This document shows positions 58,757 through 64,000 of a DNA stretch of 64,000 bases, in pieces. Made by a program: the position numbers and the translations under genes. The notes below the pieces were generated by a model. It had not been told where the DNA came from. It ran no database searches and worked only from the letters and a program-made list of their open reading frames with translations. Positions within the stretch are counted from its first letter, which is position 1. Each line of letters begins with the position of its first letter. The stretch spans positions 1 to 64,000 of the forward strand of contig JAZDNF010000003.1 in the NCBI GenBank assembly GCA_043800255.1, read 5' to 3'. The DNA is from Candidatus Altiarchaeota archaeon. GTDB lineage: Archaea > Altiarchaeota > Altiarchaeia > IMC4 > SCGC-AAA252-I15.

Positions 58757-59273
58757 GAAGGATAAGATTGAGTTGAGCAGGAGGGAGCAGGGCATAGTCG
58801 AGAGGTTCAAGAGGAGCGCTGAGGAGATAAGCGAGATATACAGGGACGATCCCCGGACGGAGATAATGGATGCGATAATAGTTGCCAAACACGGCAGACA
58901 CGACTACGCCACGGAGAGGATCACGCCAGAGCCTTTATGGGATACGGTATTCGAGGAGAGGATATGCCCGGTCTCCAACACGCCGAAAGACATACTCAGA
59001 AACGAAATACACGGCAGGCTTAAATCAGAAGACAACAGGATAGTATGCGACAAGTGCAAATTCCAAGTGGATGAAAAGCTCTTCAACAGCGGGCGGGAAA
59101 GGAACAACAGAGAGAAAAAGTGGATGGAGGATGACGCTAGACTCTATGAGGAGCTGCAAAAACAGAGAATCCCAAAAGGGAGGATAGACGAGCTCAGGAC
59201 TATGGGCGAGGAGCAGGCGCTCACAGAACTCTCAAGAAAATACCCGGAAGAGGATGAAAAAGAAACTGGTTAG
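58749..59273 (+). CDS. Hypothetical soluble protein with possible Zn ribbon
   Basis: CP...CDKC; overlaps both neighbouring genes. Confidence 0.6.
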   Translation: MPEKDKIELSRREQGIVERFKRSAEEISEIYRDDPRTEIMDAIIVAKHGRHDYATERITPEPLWDTVFEERICPVSNTPKDILRNEIHGRLKSEDNRIVCDKCKFQVDEKLFNSGRERNNREKKWMEDDARLYEELQKQRIPKGRIDELRTMGEEQALTELSRKYPEEDEKETG

Positions 59274-61044
59274 TCTGGGGATGATAGCAGCGGCAGGATT
59301 GGTGAAAGCTGAGGAATCCTCAGGCTCCATCATGCAGTCCATCATGAACGCCATCATGGTGATACTCACTCCGTTGGTGAAATGGGGCTTCGACTTCATC
59401 GTCTGGATGATATCGATAAACCCGACAGTGTACTGCATGCCGAGCGAGATTGCGGCAGGGTGCAAGGTAAGCTTCGGCTTCGACAGGTTCTTCCCCTACT
59501 TCTTCGACCTCCTCATACCATTGTACATCGTAGCCTTCATGTTCACTGCGATATACTTCATAACTAAGACGACGAACGCCAGAAGCAGGGCCAGGGCAAA
59601 GGCGATGCTCTCGAAGCTGATACTCGGCATCATAATCATAGGCATGTCCCCCCTCATATACCAGGTCATGTTGGACATATCCGGGGGGCTGGTTAACTTC
59701 ATATACGAGAGTTCAGGCTTGGTGAACTTCGAAGACCTTAAGCAGAATGCGACAGCAGGCGGCGCACTCGCAGCATTGGCGGCCATAATCCTGACCTACC
59801 TGATAATAATCCCGGCGATAGCGATAGTAGCCTGCATCAGATACTTTATGGTGGTCACATTCGCCCTCGTATTCCCCCTCCTCCTGTTCTTGTACTTCTT
59901 CGACCTCACGAGAGGCTTCGGCAGAAAATGGCTGCGCCATGCGGTGGGGTGGATAATGGTGCCCCCGCTGCAGGCCCTCTTCCTTGTTCTCACCGTAGCG
60001 TCCATTGACAGCATAGGCCCGACATTGGACGGGACCCTCGGCTTCGCGCTAGTCGGGCCTCTCGTCGGGTTCTTCATGACAATAGCAGGCCTCCTGATGG
60101 TAGGGCTCGCGCCGCTGATGATAAACCATCTTATGAGCCTAGTCGGAGGCGGAGTCGTTGCAGTGGGGCTGGCGAGCAACACGCCATGGATTGCGGGAGT
60201 TGGAGGAGTCCTTGAAGGCAGAGGCAGCAAGGCGATGAACCTCACAAAATCTGTTCTAACAAGAGGCAGCCCGGCTGGCACAGGATTCTATGCGGCAATC
60301 AAAGGCGCGTCCGGAATCTACGGGGAAACAAGCGCTGGCGTGTCAGGCTTCGGCGCCTTAGGCGGGAAACGCAGGATAAGCCCGGATGGAGTGCAGGAGA
60401 CAAGACCAGTAGACCAGGGGACGATCGCCGAGCGGGGAGTGACTCCCAGCCGCAAGGAGATAGAGGAGACCGTCTCAAAGGAGGTTGATGCTGCGAAAAC
60501 CGGGGTCACGGCTGGAAGCGGGACCGTAACAACAGCAAGACGGTCTGATGAAGGCAAAACCAGCACAGGCAAAATACAGGTTGGAGGCGAGTGGATGAAC
60601 CCCAACATACAGGAGATGATAGCGATGGAAAGGTCGAGGCTGCAGCGCGCCGGAGAGACCCTGCCGGAGACGATAAAGGAAAGCTTCAAGGAGGAGCGTG
60701 AATACCACAGCAAACTCCAGGAAAGACTGAAAGCTATCAAAGCAGGCGGCGTCGAGACCGAGATTGCCGCGGACAAGACCCAACTCGAAAGGATGAGAGG
60801 AGCCGCAAAGGTTACAAAAGCAAGAGCCAAACAGAAGGCAGACTTAGACTTCGAACGCGCCAAGAAGGAGGTTGAAGGAGCGATAGAGGAGGACAAACAG
60901 AAGGAGGGCGCGGAGAAAGCCAGGAAAAGATCGAAGAAGGCTGTGGAAAAAACAATCAAGAAAGCGGTAGAGAATGAAGTGAGAAGGCAAACAAAAGCCG
61001 TCAAAACCGAGACGCAGAAGAGTAAAAAGGAGGGCGCAGAGTGA
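59254..61044 (+). CDS. VirB6/TrbL-like membrane protein with charged coiled-coil tail
   Basis: SRARAK, P.IYQ..LDIS and LFLYFFD.TRG.G shared with the 53507 N-domain. Confidence 0.65.
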   Translation: MKKKLVSLGMIAAAGLVKAEESSGSIMQSIMNAIMVILTPLVKWGFDFIVWMISINPTVYCMPSEIAAGCKVSFGFDRFFPYFFDLLIPLYIVAFMFTAIYFITKTTNARSRARAKAMLSKLILGIIIIGMSPLIYQVMLDISGGLVNFIYESSGLVNFEDLKQNATAGGALAALAAIILTYLIIIPAIAIVACIRYFMVVTFALVFPLLLFLYFFDLTRGFGRKWLRHAVGWIMVPPLQALFLVLTVASIDSIGPTLDGTLGFALVGPLVGFFMTIAGLLMVGLAPLMINHLMSLVGGGVVAVGLASNTPWIAGVGGVLEGRGSKAMNLTKSVLTRGSPAGTGFYAAIKGASGIYGETSAGVSGFGALGGKRRISPDGVQETRPVDQGTIAERGVTPSRKEIEETVSKEVDAAKTGVTAGSGTVTTARRSDEGKTSTGKIQVGGEWMNPNIQEMIAMERSRLQRAGETLPETIKESFKEEREYHSKLQERLKAIKAGGVETEIAADKTQLERMRGAAKVTKARAKQKADLDFERAKKEVEGAIEEDKQKEGAEKARKRSKKAVEKTIKKAVENEVRRQTKAVKTETQKSKKEGAE

Positions 61045-62105
61045 GGGACAAGCAGAAGGAGAAGGAAGACGACAAAGAGCTCATAGGCCTCATAAAAAAA
61101 GGCTCGCAGATAAAGGCGCCTGAACAGGTGTGGCAGACGAAAGTCAGGAGAATAGACGCCTTCGGCGACTTCACGCAAGCATCACAGGAGAGCGGCGAAC
61201 CGTACACGGTCTCGGACGCGATGAAATCGGCCGAAAACTTGGTCAAAGAGCACGGCCTGAAACCCAACCAGGAGGTCACCATCATAACAGAGGACAAAGG
61301 CAAGAAAGTAGAGAAGAAGATGACATTAGAGCGCATGTCCAGCCTACGCAAAGGAGACAGCCTCTACAAGAAACTCAAAAAAGACGGCGGATGGGTGAAA
61401 TTCGGAGACGAAGGCCCGGACAAGGAAACAGTCAAAGCCGTCGTGGGAGGAACCCTCCTCAAAGCAGCAGGCATAATAGCGGAAAAAGTCGAGGAGGGCG
61501 AAATACCAGACTCCCAGAAGAAGAAGGCAGCTGAAGTGGTGGCAAAATGCATAAGAGAATGGGACAGCATACAAGACCAGGGACTGGACCAGACACGAGC
61601 AACAGAAGCCTTCGGCGCCCTCGGAATGACAGGAGGAAGCCCGGGCGGCGGAATCTACCAGCCCTTCTCACGCTACACCGTCGGAATACCCTGGGACTAC
61701 ATCGACACCCAAAGCAGGATAATGGCAGCCTGGTGGTTCGACAACGTCAAATGGAGAAGCCAATACTCGATAGTCGGAAAATACGTCTCACTGCCCTGGG
61801 CGATAACAAAATACGGCAAAAAAAACAAAAAGAAGAAAAAAAAATGGAAGAAAAAGGTCAGAAAATTCGAAAAAATGTTCGACCTATTCTACATCAACAT
61901 AGAAGACGTATTCGACCTCGACAACCTAAGCATATGGGACATATTCGAACTCGAAGACTACGGAAAAACAAAACCCACAGGAAAACAATACGAATCCATA
62001 AAAAAACTCATGAAAGAACAAGGCTACTTCAAAGAACAAGAAGCCATCAAAGCAGCAGAAATAACCAGAACACCCCAAACAAGCGACATATTCAAAAAAC
62101 CCTAA
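61041..62105 (+). CDS. Hypothetical soluble protein with Trp-rich segment and poly-Lys tract
   Basis: GTG start overlapping the upstream TGA; KKNKKKKKKWKKK. Confidence 0.6.
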   Translation: MRDKQKEKEDDKELIGLIKKGSQIKAPEQVWQTKVRRIDAFGDFTQASQESGEPYTVSDAMKSAENLVKEHGLKPNQEVTIITEDKGKKVEKKMTLERMSSLRKGDSLYKKLKKDGGWVKFGDEGPDKETVKAVVGGTLLKAAGIIAEKVEEGEIPDSQKKKAAEVVAKCIREWDSIQDQGLDQTRATEAFGALGMTGGSPGGGIYQPFSRYTVGIPWDYIDTQSRIMAAWWFDNVKWRSQYSIVGKYVSLPWAITKYGKKNKKKKKKWKKKVRKFEKMFDLFYINIEDVFDLDNLSIWDIFELEDYGKTKPTGKQYESIKKLMKEQGYFKEQEAIKAAEITRTPQTSDIFKKP

Positions 62106-63154
62106 GAGGGCACCGTAATACCCAACCGATTACTAATGTGCTCAAAAACCATCCGCCGGGATGCACAATAATAATCTCGGGTATAGATAGACCCATGCAC
62201 CTTAAACGCATTATAGGTGCAACCCCCATTACATAATTCTTTCCACTTGCAGCCTAGGCAATCTGCTATCCTGTTTCTCGCAAATTTTGGATACGATTCA
62301 ACCAGAATTTCTTTTAGACTCCTATCAGATATATTTCCTAATTGCATTGACTTCTCATTAGCAAACGTATCGCAAGGGTAGACATTCCCAAAAACGTCAA
62401 TATGTATGAGCCGGTCCAGACAATTTCCTATGCTCCAACACCCACTAGTTTTATTACTGGTAACAGCATAGGAATATTCCATAAGCGTTTTTATTCTGAT
62501 TTTATCGAATTGAGGATACCACAAATCGAACAGCTCTGTGAGAGCTATGCCATACTCTTGGGGGGTTATAGCAAGAGAGTTATCAGGGGGGTAAGGGCGG
62601 ATAGGATTTAACCTAAAGCCGAGATTAATGCTCTTAAAGAAGTTGAGTATCCGGGGTATTTTATTCAAACCTATGCGTGTTAGAATACAGATACATCCGA
62701 ATCGAACGTTATGCTCTCTAAGAATTTTAACTGAGTTCATTATATCGTCATGCGTTCCACCTCCATCACAATAGACTCTTTGAGAATCATGGATGTCTTT
62801 TGGACCATCAATACTCAGACCCAAACCGATATTATTATCTTTAATGAATTTGACGGTCTGTTCATCAATCAATGTTCCATTAGTCTGAATCTTTATTTTC
62901 ATCTCGAGTTTATCCTTGAACATTCTTTTTAGGTCCATTACTTCTTCTAAAAACGGAATCTCCTCGATAAAGGGCTCTCCGCCAAAGTATTGGAATGTGA
63001 CCTTCTTTTTCCCCAATGATATTACCTCCTCAAGTATCTTGTTTAATGTATCCAGATCTATCGTGATGTCACCTTTCTCATAAAAACAATATTTGCACGA
63101 AAGATTGCACTTCCGCGTTAGCTCAACTATCACTCCCGCATTTTTTGGGATCAT
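62102..63154 (-). CDS. Radical SAM/SPASM-domain protein (anSME or peptide-maturase-like)
   Basis: CNLSCKYC, GGEPF, QTNG, SIDG; SPASM C..C...GNVYPC...C..C.....C.GGC...YYC. Confidence 0.92.
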   Translation of the reverse strand: MIPKNAGVIVELTRKCNLSCKYCFYEKGDITIDLDTLNKILEEVISLGKKKVTFQYFGGEPFIEEIPFLEEVMDLKRMFKDKLEMKIKIQTNGTLIDEQTVKFIKDNNIGLGLSIDGPKDIHDSQRVYCDGGGTHDDIMNSVKILREHNVRFGCICILTRIGLNKIPRILNFFKSINLGFRLNPIRPYPPDNSLAITPQEYGIALTELFDLWYPQFDKIRIKTLMEYSYAVTSNKTSGCWSIGNCLDRLIHIDVFGNVYPCDTFANEKSMQLGNISDRSLKEILVESYPKFARNRIADCLGCKWKELCNGGCTYNAFKVHGSIYTRDYYCASRRMVFEHISNRLGITVPS

Positions 63155-63155
63155 T

Positions 63156-63999
63156 TTAATTGGATGATGTCTGGACTCCTAGTTTCTTTGCGATATGGTC
63201 GAAGAGACTCGTGTATCCTTCACAATAATAGTCGGGGTGGGATATTGAACCCTGGTACAGAAACGCATTACGCATGCAACCACCCTGACAAACGCGAAGC
63301 CAAGTGCAATCATAACATTTCACCATTTCGCTCTGTTCTTTGTAAAATGCCAAAAATTTCTTGGAATTTATGATGTCAGGATAAGATTGTTCGTTTATAT
63401 TGCCTATGCAAAATGCATTATCTTTCATCTGCCGGTTACATGCAAAAACATCCCCGTCCCATCTTATTCTGAAATATTTACGATGACAATTATGCATTGA
63501 CATCGACTTTCCCTGTGGGGAGGCTAACATATTTTTTATAATCTTTTTGAACGTTGTTATTGTGATTTCATGGGAACTGTCAGAGTACCATAAGTCGAAT
63601 AGACTAACAAATGATTTTCCCAAGTCCGCCGGCGTTAATCTCAGTTTCTCTTGCCCACAACCATAACCAAGAGGGTATATTTTAAAATTGATTTGATTTT
63701 CCCTGAAGAAGTAATAGAGATCCTGAACAGCATTACCATTAATTTTGCTTAGGACACACACTGCCCTTAATTTCATCTCACGCTCGCGCATAAGTTCAAC
63801 CGCCCTCATCGTATTATCAAATGAACCACTGCCATCCGCATATTTTCGTGTGCTATCATGAATTTCTTTTGGCCCGTCTATGCTCAAATAGATTTTAAAG
63901 TTGTTTTCTTGGAACAAATCCAACCAATCCTCGTCTAACAATGTGCCATTTGTCACAACAATGTTTTGTATATTGCGACCATCAGAAAACTTTTTTTCG
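63156..63999 (-). CDS. Radical SAM/SPASM-domain protein, N-terminus beyond the window edge
   Basis: Frame is open to the window end; TNG, SIDGP, GDVFAC, C..C.....CQGGC...YYC; paralog of 62102. Confidence 0.88.
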   Translation of the reverse strand, partial: EKKFSDGRNIQNIVVTNGTLLDEDWLDLFQENNFKIYLSIDGPKEIHDSTRKYADGSGSFDNTMRAVELMREREMKLRAVCVLSKINGNAVQDLYYFFRENQINFKIYPLGYGCGQEKLRLTPADLGKSFVSLFDLWYSDSSHEITITTFKKIIKNMLASPQGKSMSMHNCHRKYFRIRWDGDVFACNRQMKDNAFCIGNINEQSYPDIINSKKFLAFYKEQSEMVKCYDCTWLRVCQGGCMRNAFLYQGSISHPDYYCEGYTSLFDHIAKKLGVQTSSN

Positions 64000-64000
64000 A

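Noticed and set aside
61547-62236. 229-aa overlapping ORF on the + strand
   Set aside because: An alternative frame kept open by the local scarcity of T; the R/H/Q/K-rich translation is not protein-like.

Overview
Archaeal chromosomal window. Evidence: archaeal-type ribosomal proteins, aEF-1alpha, aEF-2, aRF1, pelota, RPA, a DGGGP-synthase-like UbiA, and tRNAs with bulge-helix-bulge (BHB) introns. A stand-alone MtrH and Cys-rich secreted proteins are compatible with an Altiarchaeota/DPANN-like lineage, but that is inference only. Left part: RelE/RHH toxin-antitoxin pair, an orphan tRNA 3' fragment, SMC, a decayed islet at tRNA-Gln carrying an RsuA/RluB-type pseudouridine synthase, mtrH, purF, argJ, hxlB and pelota. 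Middle: a rearranged ribosomal superoperon (L3 to S14 joined directly to S7-EF2-EF1a-S10), RPA, a cluster of secreted or surface glycoproteins, aRF1, a half-length PheRS beta gene and several GT-C glycosyltransferases. Right end: a VirB2-like pilin followed by two VirB6/TrbL-like membrane proteins with very long tails (one of 1749 aa with an HExxH zincin motif), then two low-GC radical SAM/SPASM genes. Two most notable observations: (1) all four tRNA genes carry long 37/38 introns built from one hairpin repeat family, which also sits immediately after tRNA 3' ends; (2) the pilin plus giant VirB6-fusion cassette. All calls were made by eye from motifs; no database searches were run.
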